This document shows positions 24,485-37,015 of a stretch of DNA of 64,000 bases, in pieces. Position 1 is the first letter of the stretch. Every line of letters starts with the position of its first letter. The stretch comes from Pristiophorus japonicus. Taxonomy: Eukaryota. A program made the position numbers and the translations under genes. The stretch is from contig NC_092002.1 in the NCBI RefSeq assembly GCF_044704955.1, positions 9,858,001 through 9,922,000 on the forward strand, given 5' to 3'. The notes under the pieces were generated by a model. That model ran no database searches, was not told the DNA's origin, and saw only the letters and a list, made by a program, of their open reading frames with translations.

Positions 24485-24915
24485 TTAAATACGGACAGGA
24501 AGCCCTTCTGCGATATTTTAGGAGAGGTGATATATAAATACATCCATTAAATACATACAGAAAGTCCCTTCGCAATACCGTAGGAGGTGATGTGTGTGTG
24601 TGTGTGTAAAAATACATCCAATATTAAATACTTACATGAAGCCCCATTGCGATTATTTTAGGTGATATTATATAAATTCTTGCAATGTTAAATACATACA
24701 TGGTGTCCCTTTGCAATATTTTAGGAGGTTATATATAAAATACTTGCATTAAATACATACAGGGTGTCCCTTTGCAATATTTTAGGAGGTTATATATAAA
24801 ATACTTGCATTAAATACATACATGGTGTCCCTTTGCAATATTTTAGGAGGTTATATATAAAATACTTGCATTAAATACATACAGGGTGTCCCTTTGCAAT
24901 ATTTTAGGAGACGAT
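24485..24915. repeat. AT-rich 61-bp tandem repeat near the exon 1 donor (about 3.5 near-perfect plus about 3 degenerate copies)
   Basis: TTAAATACATACAKGGTGTCCCTTTGCAATATTTTAGGAGGTTATATATAAAATACTTGCA; period measured 24721 to 24782. Confidence 0.85.
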
Positions 24916-25081
24916 ATATACACATACACACATATATAAAAATGACGAATGTTTGTATTTAATATTGAACGTTATCGTTATATATCACGTTCTTTTATTA
25001 AATACATACATTCATCATTTTTAAAAGCAAATTAAACTCCCAAATTAGCTTTCCATAATATAAATTTATTCAAATACCTAC

Positions 25082-25292
25082 CAGAAAAGTCATCAAAGGC
25101 GGTGGGGACATACTTGGTGGGGTAACCATTGGTGGTGTAGCTGACCACCAGGCTGGTTTTGCCCACTGCCCCATCTCCCAGTAAAACGCATTTGATAAAA
25201 CGTTCATGAGGGCAGCCGTTCCGTTTGGGCTTGTGCGGCGGCACCGGGGGAGCAAACCCTGCTCGGTAGTCCAACAAATCCTGGGGAGGCAT
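25082..25292 (-). CDS. RHOU: RhoU/RhoV-subfamily atypical Rho GTPase (RhoU-like), coding exon 1 of 3
   Basis: ATG at 25292; MPPQ...APPVPPHK proline-rich extension, P-loop GDGAVGKTS, switch [11 protein letters not shown]. 70 codons +1 nt, then donor G|GTAGGT at 25081. Symbol reflects the closest family member; exact orthology uncertain. Confidence 0.93.
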
Positions 25293-25559
25293 AGCTCACT
25301 TCTTCAACAACAAAAATATATATAAAATAATCTTAGAATAAAAACGTGAGCTTAGAAAAAAAAAACTCCGGGCGCTATTCACAAGCTGGAAAAAAGTTTT
25401 GAAAAAGTTTTGACAGAACTTTTTCGCGTCTCGTCAATTCAGTGAAACTGACGCGGTGAAAGGGATCCGGGGCTGGCAGCTGAACCAACTCCTGAAACCC
25501 AATCCTCTCTCTCACTCTCGTTCCCCCACCTTTACCCCAGAGTTCAAACGCTCTCGATC

Positions 25560-25790
25560 GCGTCGCTCCTCTCTGCCTGGTCCCTTTTATAAACCCAAGC
25601 CGCTTGTCTCCACCTCCTGCTCCAGATCTCGACAGGACCCGCGCCTCCCCGTCTCTCCCAACTCCCAACTCTTAAAGGGACAGAGCACGCTTCAATTCTG
25701 CTTTAAAGGGAGGTGGTTTTTTTCAACTTTTCTATGTTTCTAAATATGGGCAGAGTCGCCCCCACCCGCCCCACTCTCTCCCATGGGGAT
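25560..25790 (-). promoter_or_regulatory. Putative core promoter of the RhoU-like gene
   Basis: TATAAAAGGG on the minus strand at 25591-25582, about 300 nt upstream of the ATG; GC/CACCC box CCCCACCCGCCCC near 25760-25772; repeat-free, CpG-containing context. Confidence 0.6.
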
Positions 25791-25856
25791 CCCTATAAAT
25801 ATCGTCAGAATCCTCCCAGTGCAATTATTGTGCATCATGACTGTGCTTTCTCTAAG

Positions 25857-26590
25857 CAATCAACAACCTGTATTTATATAGCGCCTTTAACGTATTGAAA
25901 CATCCCAAGGCCCTTCACAGGAGTGTAATGAGATTTAAAAAATTGACTCCGAGCCGCATAAGTAGAAATTATGGCAGGTGACCAAAAGCTGGGTCAAAGA
26001 GGTCGGTTTTAAGGAGCGTCTTGAAGGAGGAGAGAGAGGCGGAGAGGTTTAGGGAGGGAGTTCCAGAGCTTGGGGCCTAGGCAACAGAAGGCACGGCCAC
26101 CGATGGTGGAGCGATTATAATCAGGGATGCTCAAGAGGGCAGAATTAGAGGAGCGCAGACATCTCGGGAGGTTGTGGGCCTGGAGGGGATTACAGAGATA
26201 GGGAGGGGGCGAGGGCCATGGAGGGATTTGAAATTAAGGATGAGAATTTTGAAATCAAGGCATGGCTTAACTGGGAGCCAATGTAGGTCAGTGAGCACAG
26301 GGGGTGATGGGTGAGCGGGACTCGATGCGAGTTAGGACACGGGGCAGCGAGCACAGTGGGTGATGGGTGAGCGGGACTCGATGCGAGTTAGGACATGGGG
26401 CAGCGAGCACAGGGGGTGATGGGTGAGCGGGACTCGGTGTGGGTTAGGAAACCGGGCAGCGAGCACAGGGGGTGATGGGTGAGCGGGACTCGGTGCGAGT
26501 TAGGACACGGGCAGCGAGCACAGGGGGTGATGGGTGAGCAGGACTCGGTGCGAGTTAGGACACAGGCTGATGAGTTTTGGATCACCTCTA
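25857..26590 (-). mobile_element. L2 LINE 3' fragment with internal 56-57-bp unit repeated about 5x (26290-26565)
   Basis: Reverse complement of the L2 tail; IQNSSACVLTRTESCSPITPCAR units. Confidence 0.88.
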
Positions 26591-26934
26591 ATCAGGATAT
26601 ACAGCACAGAAACAGACCATTCAGCCCAACCAGTCCATGCCGGCGTTTATGCTCCACTCGAGCCTCCTCCCGTCTTTCCTCATCTAACTCTATCAGTATA
26701 ACCCTCTATTCCCTTCTCCCACATTTGCCTGTCTAGCCTCCCCTTACATGCATCTGTGCTATTTGTTTCAACTACTCCCTGTGGTAGCAAGTTCCACATT
26801 CTCACCACTCTCTGGGTAATGGTTCCCATATTTACAACAGTGACTACACTCCAAAAGTGCCTCATTGGTTGTAAAGCGTTTGAGGCATCTGATTGTCGTG
26901 AAAGGCGCTATATAAATGCAAGTCTTCTTTCTCT

Positions 26935-27228
26935 CCCACAGTAACTTCCCCTCTTCCACAGGAACCTCCCCCCTCCCACAGGCACCTCCCCCCTCCCAAA
27001 GTAAACTCCCCCCCACAGTAACCTCCCCCCTCCCAAAGTAAACTCCCCCCCCCACAGTAACCTCCCCCCTCCCAAAGTAAACTCCCCCCTCCCACAGTAA
27101 CCTCCCCCCTCCCAAAGTAACCTCCTCCCCGCAGTAACCTCCCCCCCCACAGTAACCCCCCACAGTAACCCCCCCCCACAGTAACCCCTCCCCCCCCCCA
27201 CAGTAACCTCCCCCCTCCCCACATTAAC
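26935..27228. repeat. C-rich degenerate tandem repeat (about 17-20-bp units) growing from a SINE tail
   Basis: CCCACAGTAACCTCCCCCCT and CCCAAAGTAAACTCCCCCC units. Confidence 0.85.
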
Positions 27229-28059
27229 CTGCTCTATGATGTTACTGCACAATTCAATTCCATGAACTTTTACCTTGGTTTTATTTCATGGTTATAGCCT
27301 ATGTTTCTATTCACTATTTCTACTCTATGACGCTATTCTCTGACCCTATTCTATTGTTGCCGCCCCCCCCCCCCCATTTACCTCCCTTTCGGCCCCCGAT
27401 AAGACCAAGCGACAGAATGTTCCCGTGGGCGAAAGCACAGTTGCAGAGATTGGTGTTACTTGTTTTAGGCCACGCCTCCTGTTGCCGTTCTTTAGATGTC
27501 GGGAATATAGGAATTGCCAGATAAAGATACGGCCCTTCTCCCTCACCTTCCCCTCTCCTGGGATAAAGTCGTATTTCTTTTTAATTCGTTCCATGGGATG
27601 TGGGCCTTGCTGACATGGCCGGCATTTATTGCCCATCCCTAATTGCCCCTTGAGAAGGTGGTGGTGAGCCGCTTTCTTGAATACAACTGCGTGTCTCGCT
27701 GGGCCATTTCAGAGGGCAGTTAAGAGTCAACCACGTTGCTGTGGGTCTGGAGTCACATATCGGCCCAGACCGGGTAAGGGCGGCAGATTTCCTTCCCTGC
27801 AGAACATTAGTGAACCGGATGGGTTTTTATGGAAATCCGATAGTTTCATCGTCACCATTACTGACACGAGATTTTTTATTCCAGACTTATCTGATTAACT
27901 GAATTTAAATCCCACAGCTGCCGTGGGGGGATTTAAACTCGCGTCCCCGATAAAATGATTTCCTTTAATCTCTTTCAATGAGTCTACAACAGATCCAGGC
28001 ATGAGGAGAGGAAACCCCTAATTGTGGAGAGATTTAGGAACGATCGGGAACAGTTTAAG

Positions 28060-29462
28060 TGCTGTTCAGTTTTGCATGGGCAGAAATATTCTCCAATTAA
28101 ATATTGGGAATACTGAAGCCATTGTCTTTGATCTCCGCCACAAGCTCTGTTCCCCAGCCACTGACTCTATCCCTTTCATCTGTCTGAGGCTGAACCACAC
28201 TGTTTGCAACCTTGGTGGCATGTTTGACCCTGAAATGAGCTTCCGGCCACATATCCACAGCATAACTAAGACCTCCTATTTCCACCTCCGTAACATCGCC
28301 CGTCTCCGCCCCTTGCCTCAGCTCATCCGCTGCTGAAACCCTCATCCATGCCTTTGTTGGCCTCCTAATCTGAGGAAGGACATTCTTGCTATTGAGGGAG
28401 TGCAGCGAAGGTTCACCAGACTGATTCCCGGGATGGCCGGACTGCCACATGAGGAGAGACTGGATCGACTCGGCCTTTATCCACTGGCTTTTAGAAGGAT
28501 GAGAGGGGATCTCATGGAAACATACAAGATTCCGACGGGACGGGACAGGTTAGATGCGGGTAGATTGTTCCCGATGTTGGGGAAGTCCAGAACCAGGGGA
28601 CACAGTCTTAGGACAAGGGGTAGGCCATTTAGGACCGAGATGAGGAGAAACTTCTTCACTCTTTGAATTCCCTGCCGCAGAGAGTTGTTGAGGCCAGTTC
28701 ATTGGATATATTCAAGAGGGAGTTAGATATGGCCCTTACGGCTAAAGGGATCAAGGGGTATGGAGAGAAAGCAGGAAAGGGGTACTGAGGGAATGATCAA
28801 CCATGATCTTATCGAATGGTGGTGCAGGCTCGAAGGGCCGAATGGCCTGCTCCTGCACCTATTTTCTATGTTTCTATGTCACCTCGAGACTTGACTATTC
28901 CAACGCACTCCTGGCCGGCCTCCCACATTCTACCCTACGTAAACTAGAGGTGATCCAAAACTCGGCTACCCGTGTCCTAGCTCGCACCGAGTCCCACTCA
29001 CCCATCACCCCCTGTGCTCGCTGACTTACATTGGCTCCCGGTTAAGCAACGCCTCGATTTCAAAATTCTCATCCTTGTTTACAAATCCCTCCATGGCTCT
29101 CGCCCCCTCCCTATCTCTGTAATCTGCTGCAGCCCCACAAACCCCCTCCGAGATGTCTGCGCTCCTCTAATTCTGCCCTCCTGAGCATCCCTGATTATAA
29201 TCGCACCACCATCGGTGGCCGTGCCTTCTGTTGCCTGGGCCCCAAGCTCTGGAACGCCCTCCCTAAACCTCTCCATCTCTCCATCCTCCTTCAAGACACT
29301 CCTTAAAACCTACCTTTTTGACCAAGCTTTTGGTCACCTGCGCTAATTTCTCCTTATGTGGCTCGGTGTCAAATTTTTGAGAGTCTTATAATACTCCTGT
29401 GAATCGCCTTGGGACGTATCACTACGTTAATGACGTAATATAAATAAAAGTTGTTGTTGTTA
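28060..29462 (+). mobile_element. L2 LINE 3' fragment split by a nested CR1 (about 28362-28878)
   Basis: LQLNIGNTEAI...NLGGMFD...YFHLRNIARLRP, then CR1, then SRLDYSNALLAGLP...; (TTG)n tail. Confidence 0.88.
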
Positions 29463-30014
29463 TAGATTTGAGAAAGAAGAAAGACTTGCATTTATATAGC
29501 GCCTTTCACGACCACTGGATATCCCACAGCGCTTTACAGCCAATGAAGTACTTTTGGAGAGCAGTCACTGTTGTAATGTGGGAAACGCTGCAGCCAATTT
29601 GCGCACAGCAAGCTCCCACACACAGCAATGTGATAACCGGTTTTTTTGATTGAGGGATAAATATTGGCCCAGGACACCGGGGAGAACTCTCCTGCTCTTC
29701 TTCGAAATATTACCGCTCCCTCAGTGCTGCACTGGGAGTGTCAGCCTAGATTTTTGTGCTCGAGTCTCTAGAGTGGGACGTGAACCCACGACCTTCTAAC
29801 TGGGGTCAGGGGTTAGGGTTTGGCTGGGGTTAAGGTTGCCGCCTCTGGTTGGGCGAATTCCAGGAGGTGTCCTCCAAATCTCCGACTCCAACCCAATCAA
29901 ACAGCCTTTTTGTTCGCCCATCTCCAATATTTTTGTGACTAATAAAAGGAAAGTGGTGAACACAAATCTAAAGAGCACATCATTTTTTAATGCCCTATGA
30001 ATTTTTAAATGTAG

Positions 30015-30625
30015 CCGTTCCTGGGATGTGGGCGTCGCTGGCAAGGCCGGCATTTATTGCCCATCCCTAACTGCCCCTTGAGAAGGTGGTGGTGAGCCGC
30101 CTTCTTGAACCGCTGCAGTCCCGTGTGGTGAAAGTGCTCCCACAGTGCTGTTAGGGAGGGAGTTCCAGGATTGTGACCCAGCGACAATGAAGGAACGGCC
30201 GATATATTTCCTCGTCAGGATGGTGTGTGACTTGGCGGGTGTAATGTATGCACCTGAAAGTATACTCGCAGAGTATACTTGTAGAGCTGTTGAGTTGGGA
30301 GTGGCTTAGCCAGTCACGTGATGTTCTCAAGACTCAATAAAACCCCGGCCAGTTGGGTTCAGGGGATGAGGTATGCAGTTGTGAGCCTAGTGGATGAACT
30401 GATAATGTGTAGTGTGATTGTTAAACCTTTTGCTAATAAACCAACCGAATAGCAATGTGTTGCTATGAATTCTTAAGCAAAGAACCCATGGAGTGAATAC
30501 GTTAAAAGGGGGAACGTGGAGATGGTGGTGTTCCCAGGCGCCTGCTGCCCTTGTCCTTCTAGGTGCTAGAGGTCGCGGGTTTGGGAGGTGCTGCCGAAGA
30601 AGCCTTGGCGAGTTGCTGCAGTGCG
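30015..30625 (-). mobile_element. 3' end of a second CR1-superclade LINE family (also about 27585-27700, 34680-34765, 55990-56560), interrupted by a solo LTR
   Basis: Shared CCTGGGATGTGGGCGTCGCTGGCAAGGCCGGCATTTATTGCCCATCCCT...; the 56-kb copy translates HSLHHRR..AAVCTVYKMHC. Confidence 0.7.
30240..30507 (+). mobile_element. Solo LTR, same family as 14682-15452
   Basis: Starts TGTAATG, contains two AATAAA, and aligns along its full length with the reverse complement of the 14.7-15.4-kb LTR. Confidence 0.8.
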
Positions 30626-30769
30626 TCTTTTACTTACGACAGTTTCCAGGAGCTTGAGCTTCAACCTCTGGAGACCCCAGGGCAATGCTGGAGGGTTGGT
30701 AACCCTGGCCGGGCCAGCTGGAAATTCTGTATCAGTCCCTGTTCCTGTTTCTGGAATTCAAGCCAGAAC

Positions 30770-30974
30770 AGCAGCGCTGGAGAAGTACCACCAGCGCTGC
30801 CTCCGCAAGATCCTGCCAATCCCCTGGGAGGACAGGCGCACCAACATCAGCATTCTCGCTCAGGCCAACATCCCCAGCATCGAAGCACTGACCACACTTC
30901 TTGATCAGTGACCATGTAAAAGTCAGAAGCTTCGGGGGAACGGGGCAGGGAAGAGAAACTTGGGAAAGAACAAA

Positions 30975-31010
<36 letters not shown>

Positions 31011-31470
31011 TCCTTCGCTTGACCACGTTCGATCAGCTCCGCTGGGCAGGGCCACAATGTCCGCATGCCCCGACACGAGACTCCCAGAGCAAGCGCTCTA
31101 CTCGGAACTCCGACACGGCGAGCGAGCCCCAGGTGGGCAGAGGAAACGTTTCAAGGACAACCCTCAAAGCCTCCCTGATAAAATGCAACATCCCCACCGG
31201 CACCTGGGCGTCCCTGGCCCAAAGACCAGTCCGCCCTAAGTGTGGAGGAAGTGCTCGAGTCTCGTCGCCGGGTTCAAGCGGAGGCCAAGCGCAGGCAGCG
31301 GAAGGAGCGCGGGGCCACCGAGGCTCCCCCACCCACCCTTTCCTTCAACCACCATCTGCCCCACCTGTGACAGAGACCCTAGGCCCCACGTTGGTCTCTT
31401 CAGTCACCTGAGAACTCATGTCAATGTGGAAGCAAGTCATCCTCGACTCCGAGGGGGCGGCCTAAGAAGA
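30770..31470 (+). mobile_element. RTE LINE 3' fragment
   Basis: LEKYHQRCLRKILPIPWEDRRTNISIL...DTRLPEQALYSEL...CPTCDRD. Confidence 0.88.
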
Positions 31471-31486
31471 CATATGTGTGTAAACA

Positions 31487-31500
31487 GCACCACCTAGTGG
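31487..31500 (-). promoter_or_regulatory. CTCF motif (reverse)
   Basis: Minus strand CCACTAGGTGGTGC, one mismatch to the consensus. Confidence 0.5.
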
Positions 31501-31654
31501 AATGTGACATCATCTCACCCTTAGTGTGAATTTCAGGCTGATCAGAGACAGAAACCCTTTGAAAGCGCTCGCTTTACGTTTGATACAGTGAGTGTTTGAT
31601 TTATTTAATGTACATTCCCTCAGTTGAACGCCCAATGGATAAATGTATCATAAA

Positions 31655-32410
31655 GAAAGAAAGACTTCTCATTTATATCGCACCTTTTCACGTCTCAAAG
31701 CGCTTTACAGCCAATGAAGTACTTTTGGAGTGTAGTCACTGTTGTAATGTGGGAAACGCGGCAGCCAATTTGCGCACAGCAAGCTCCCACAAACAGCAAT
31801 GTGATAATGACCCAGATCATCTGTTTTTTGTTACGTTGATTGAGGGATAAATATTGGCCCCAGGACACCGGGAAGAACTCCCCCTGCTCTTCTTCGAAAT
31901 AGTAGCCGTGGGATCTTTTCCATCCACTTCATTGAAACATACAACATTCTTACAGGGCTTGACAGGGTAGATGCAGGGAGGATGTTTCCCCCCCCGGGCT
32001 GGGGAGTCTAGAACCAGGGGTCACACAGTCTCAGAATCAAGGGTCGGCCATTTGGGACTGAGATGAGGAGAAATTTCTTCGCTCAGAGGGTGATGAATCT
32101 TTGGAATTCTCTGCCCCAGAGGGCTGTGGAGGTTCAGTCTTTGAGTATATTCAAGACGGACATCGATACATTTTTGGATATTGAGGGAAGCAAGGGATAT
32201 GGGGAGCGGGCGGGAAAGTGGAGTTGAGGTCGAAGATCAGCCGTGATCTCATTGAATGGCGGAGCAGGCTCGCGGGGCCGAATGGCCTGCTCCTGCTCCT
32301 AATTCTTATGTTCTTATCTGAAAGGCGGCACCTCTGACAGTGCGGCGCTCCCTCAGCACTGCACTGGGAGAGTCTGCCTGGATTATGTGCTCAAGTCCCT
32401 GGAGTGGGGC
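31655..32410 (-). mobile_element. DeuSINE (minus) split by a plus-strand CR1 3' fragment (about 31930-32316)
   Basis: SINE halves are colinear on either side of the CR1. Confidence 0.8.
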
Positions 32411-32548
32411 CCACGCCGGTCTTTGTAAGCGCAACAGATCAATCACTCCAGACTTTACCGACCTCCAGTGACTCCCCACATTCCTCCCACACAGATGCCC
32501 ATCGGCACCTTGGGCTAGAGGAGTTGGAACCTGTACTGTCGCCATCGG

Positions 32549-32563
32549 CCACCAGATGGCAGC
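32549..32563 (+). promoter_or_regulatory. CTCF motif (forward)
   Basis: CCACCAGATGGCAGC matches CCASYAGRKGGCRS; lies in a unique patch between repeats. Confidence 0.6.
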
Positions 32564-32802
32564 ATAGGCGTGCTGCTGGGATGATAATCTTCATCAGAAA
32601 CCTTCGAAGGGCTTAATCACTTGTGGTTAACTAGTTAACGACTTCTGCTCGTACACTGGTTAATGTGTTTGTCTAATACTCTGGTCCATATTATTTTTGT
32701 GCAGTTGGTAACCTATTCACACCACCCCACAGACCAGGTTTGAAGCCCTTCTGTGGTGAGTTAGTCAGTCATAGCCAGGGCAACAGCATTCAGAGAATGA
32801 TA

Positions 32803-33273
32803 AAGAAAGACTTGCATTTATATAGCGCCTTTCACAACCACCAGACATCTCAAAGCGCTTTACAGCCAATGAAATACTTCTGGAGTGTAGTCACTGTTGT
32901 AATGTCGGAAACCCGGCAGCCAATTTGTGCACAGCAAGCTCCCACAAACAGCAATGTGATAATGACCCAGATAATCTATTTTTTGGTTATGATGATTGAG
33001 GGATGAATATTGGCCCCAGGACACCGGGGAGAACTCCCCCCTGCTCTTCTTCGAAATAGTGGCCGTGGGATCTTTTACATCCACCCGAGAGAGCAGGCGG
33101 GGCCTCGGTTTAACGTCTCATCCGAAAGACGGCACCTCCGACAGTGCGGCGCTCCCTCAGCACTGCACTGGGGAGTGTCGGCCTGGATTTTTGTGCTTAA
33201 GTCCCTGGAGTGGGACGTGAACCCACGACCTTCTGACTCGGAGGCGAGGGTGCTGCCCACTGAGCCACGGCTG
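32803..33273 (-). mobile_element. DeuSINE copy, full length
   Basis: Reverse complement of 2152-2622. Confidence 0.9.
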
Positions 33274-33470
33274 AAGGAGGCCGTTTGGCCCGGTTCCAGA
33301 TCACGCTGCTTAAAACAGTGTTTCCTCATGTCGTCTTTGGTTCTTCTGCCAATCACCTTAAGTCTGTGTCCGCTGGTTCTCGACCCTCCTGCCAGTGGCA
33401 ACAGTTTTTCGTTAGTTGCTCTGTCAAAACCCTTCACGATTTTGAACGCCTCTATCATATCTCCTCTTAA

Positions 33471-33570
33471 CCTGACGAAGGGTCATCGACCGGAAACGTT
33501 AACTCTGTTTCTCTCTCCGACAGATGCTGCCTGACCCGCTGAGCATTTGCAGCAGCTTCTGTTTTTTATT
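33471..33570 (+). mobile_element. Penelope-like element terminal fragment with hammerhead core, inserted in a CR1 remnant
   Basis: CTGACGA-A-GGGTC-ATC-GACCG-GAAACGTTAAC followed by TCTGTTTCTCTCTCC..CAGATGCTGCCTGACC; same family as 58720-58975. Confidence 0.7.
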
Positions 33571-33734
33571 TTTCTCCGCAATCTCTGCTAAAATGGAGAA
33601 CAACCCCACCTTCGCCAGGGTCTCTGCATAACTGACGGTCGTCATCCCTGGAACCATTCTGGTAAATCTCCTCTCCAGCCTCTCCAGGAGCCTTGCCATC
33701 CTGTGTAGAGTGGTGTTCAGGGGTTGGACACAAT

Positions 33735-34424
33735 GGGGGGGGGTGGAGGTATTGCGTTGAGCCCCATTTGGGGGCAGTAAGGGCCGTGAGGCGAGAGTTC
33801 CTGCAGTAGCAGGCCCAGAGGTCGCGATATTGGGGGAGGGGGTCCGTCCCCGGGAGCAAGTGGGGCGCAAAATAAAGCGCTCTGTGGGGGTGTGGGTGGA
33901 AGGAGTTGGTGAGGGGCGCAGCGCTGCATACTGGGAGGTGTATCGCTGCTGCGCAGACAGGGCCCTCCCCGTCATTAAAGGGGCCAAGCTGCCGTGGTGT
34001 CAAGCAGAGCTCCAGGCCACCAGATCATCGCAGGGACCCTGCGTTCCCCCCCTTCAACGGGGAAGTCGGCCAACTTTACTTGTAGTGCAAACGCCACCTC
34101 CCCTTTAACTCACGACATCCCCCTCCCCCGCCAGCGCCCCATAGCCCCCCCCCCCCCCTTGGGACACTGCCCCCCCCCCCCCGAGGCCATCGCTGGCATC
34201 GCCCTGTGACAGTCTCACGAGGGGGGGCGCACCCGAACGTTCGCTCTGGGGCGATAGCGGGGCGCTGCGCACAGGGAGCTCCCGGTTACAGCCGGCGCTA
34301 AACACGCGCCGAATTTCCGGGGGGGGGGTCATTAGCGGTGTCACCCCCCTCCCTCCCCGGGCAAAAAGTCATTTGCGCCTCGTTAGCGCCATCGGGAGGT
34401 GCAAAGGACCCTAATTTCTCCTCC
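33735..34424. mobile_element. GC-rich MITE-like DNA element with 3-bp TSD (AAT)
   Basis: Interrupts a CR1 remnant; AAT at 33732-33734 and 34425-34427; imperfect terminal inverted repeats. Confidence 0.6.
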
Positions 34425-34774
34425 AATGTTCCATCTGGGGCCCAACCAGTGATTTTTAAAGGGTTAGTGTAACTTCATTGCATTTGTACTCTAAGCCTCT
34501 ATTAATAAAGCCAAGGATTCCGTGTGCTTTTATTAACAGGGTTTCTATGGCTGCCTGCAGTGCCCCTGGTGGATGGAGGGCAGCAAGTCTTCCAGGGCCG
34601 TGGTGCCTGATCGCCATCTAGTGACCACTGCTAGAAACTGCATGTGAGCGCGCATCAGGCTACAACCTTTGTAAAAAATTAATTCACGGGATGTGGGCGT
34701 CGCTGGCAAAGCCGGCCTTTATTGCCAATCCCTAATTGCCCCTTGAGAAAGTGGCAGTGAGCAGGCACCAGTGT

Positions 34775-35560
34775 CAGGCGTGGCTCGGTGGGCAGCAAAC
34801 TCTCTCGCCTCTGTGTCAGGAGGGCGTGGGTTCATAGTCCCACTCCAGAGACTTGAGCACAAAAATCTCGGCTAACGCTCCCCAATGCAGTGCTGAGGGA
34901 GTGCCGCACTGTCGGAGGTGCCGTCTTTCAGCTGAGACGTTAAACCGAGGCCCTGTCTGCTCTCTCAGGTGGCTGTAAAGAATCCCATGGCACTATTTCG
35001 AAGAAGAGCAGGGGGAGTTATCCCCGGTGCCCTGGGGCCAATATTTATCCCTCAATTAACATAACAAAAACAGATTAACTGAGCTCCCAGGTGTTACATT
35101 GTTAAAGAAAGACTTGCATTTATATAGCGCCTTTCACGACCACTGGACGTCTCAAAGCGCTTTGCAGCCAATGAAGTACTTTTTGGAGTGTAGTCACTGT
35201 TGTAATGTGTGAAACGCAGCAGCCAATTTGCGCACAGCAAGCTCCCACACACAGCAATGTGATAATGACCCAGATCATCTGCTTTTGTGATGTTGATTGA
35301 GGGATAAATATTGGCCCCAGGACACCGGAGATAACTCCCCTGCTCTTCTTCGAAATAGTGGCCGTGGGATCTTTTACATCCACCTGAATGAGCAGACGGG
35401 GCCTCGGTTTAAGGTCTCATCCAAAAGACGGCACCTCCGACAGTGCGGCGCTCCCTCAGCACTGCACTGGGAGTTTATAGGCCCAAATCTCTGGAGCGGG
35501 ACTCGAACCCACGAGCATTCTGACTCAGAGGCCAGTGTTCTGCCCACTGAGCCACGGCTG
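34775..35560. mobile_element. Tail-to-tail inverted DeuSINE pair (34775-35080 +, 35105-35560 -)
   Basis: Two SINE copies on opposite strands about 25 nt apart. Confidence 0.88.
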
Positions 35561-36624
35561 GCACTCTGCGCAGCGAGCGCCGTAACATGACGCGGGGATG
35601 GGATGGGCTGAGCTGGCGATGCCTCACACAGTCAAACAGCTGTGCGTTTTCACTGACTCGGCTGGCACACAGGACGAATGGCCCGCCTGGGTGCGGGCAC
35701 GGGAGGGCCTCGGCATCTGCCCCGCGCTTTCACAAGAGAAAGGGAAAAGAAAGGGGCCGGTTTGGAAAAACAGTCGCTGCCAAAGGCAATGAATAATGAG
35801 AGTTGGAGGAAGTATGTGTCTGTTTAAAAAAATATTTAACCTCTGCTTGGTCCCTTTCAAGTTAAGCTCCGTGACTCCGAACCCAATGTAAATTAAACCA
35901 ACATTGTAACATAACCTGACAGCCAGTCCGACTATGGAAGTATTGGCTGTAGTTTGCCCGGTAATATCTGAAGGGGAGAGCGCAATCTCTAGTTTGAGTT
36001 CACACACGACAGGGGGCCCTTTAAACCCCAACCACCTCCCTGCATTTACCATTCGAGTCCATCAAAACATCCCAACCAATGAGAACGGCTAAAATCGCCC
36101 CACGGCCGCTCAGTGTTAAACAGACTCCGGGCTTTCTCAGACGCATTTTAATCACCTCTGAGCCTGGGCGAGAGTTTTCGGGTCTCAGCGTCTCAGGTTG
36201 GAGAGCCCGTGGGAGCAGCAACCAGGGGCCGCCGGGCAAGAGGGATATTCGGCAACAGGAGGCAGGACGGATATTCGGCAACAGGAGGCAGAGGGACACC
36301 AGGCAGTGCCGGGGACCCCCAGAATCACCTCCAAGGAGGCATTTCTGGCCATCACCGGTAGTCCAGAGGTGGGTGTCTGGTCATAATATTTCAATCGACC
36401 TTGTTAAGAAATCCTGCAAATTCACATCGGAACCAGAATTAAATCGATTTGGTCGGAAAGGGGGGCACTGTTCAGGTTTCGACGGTGTTGACGCTAGAAT
36501 TGAGAGTACTTTTTTTTCGTCAAGCCCCGCCCCCGTTACCGTGCGGGCAGCTGGTTGCTATAGGGAATTACAGAGCAAGATCCAACCGACTGGCTGTCAA
36601 ACTTCGCGGGGTAACGGGCTGGAG

Positions 36625-37015
36625 AGCAGATTTGATCGAGGTGTTCAAAATCATGTGAGGGTTTCTGGACAGAGCAGAGAGAGAGAAACTGTTCCCATTG
36701 GCGGAAGGGTGGAGAACCAGAGGACACGGATTTAAGGCGATTGGCAGAGGAACCAAAGGCGACACGAGGGAAAACGTTTTTACGCGGCGAGTGGTTAGGA
36801 TCTGGAACGCGCTGCCTGAGAGGGCGGGGGAGGCAGACTCAATCGCGGCTTTCAAAAGGTGAGTTGGATAAGTCCCTGAAGGAAAAAAATTAGCAGGGCT
36901 ACGGGGAAAGGGCGGGGGGGGGGAAGTGGGACTGGCTGAGGGGCTCTTGCAGAGAGCCGGCACGGGCTCGATGGGCCGAATGGCCTCCTACTGTGCTGTA
37001 ACCCTTCCCTGATTC
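36625..37015 (+). mobile_element. CR1 LINE 3' fragment (older subfamily)
   Basis: RADLIEVFKIM...RTRGHGFK...FTRRVVRIWNALP. Confidence 0.8.

Noticed and set aside
14682-30507. Two related LTRs as ends of a single provirus or giant element capturing Rho exon 1
   Set aside because: They are inverted, not direct; the first has its own TSD, the second sits inside a different LINE, and no gag/pol lies between them.
36079-36735. 218-aa ORF upstream of GPCR copy A
   Set aside because: Spans a MITE-like element and a CR1 fragment; no recognizable domain.
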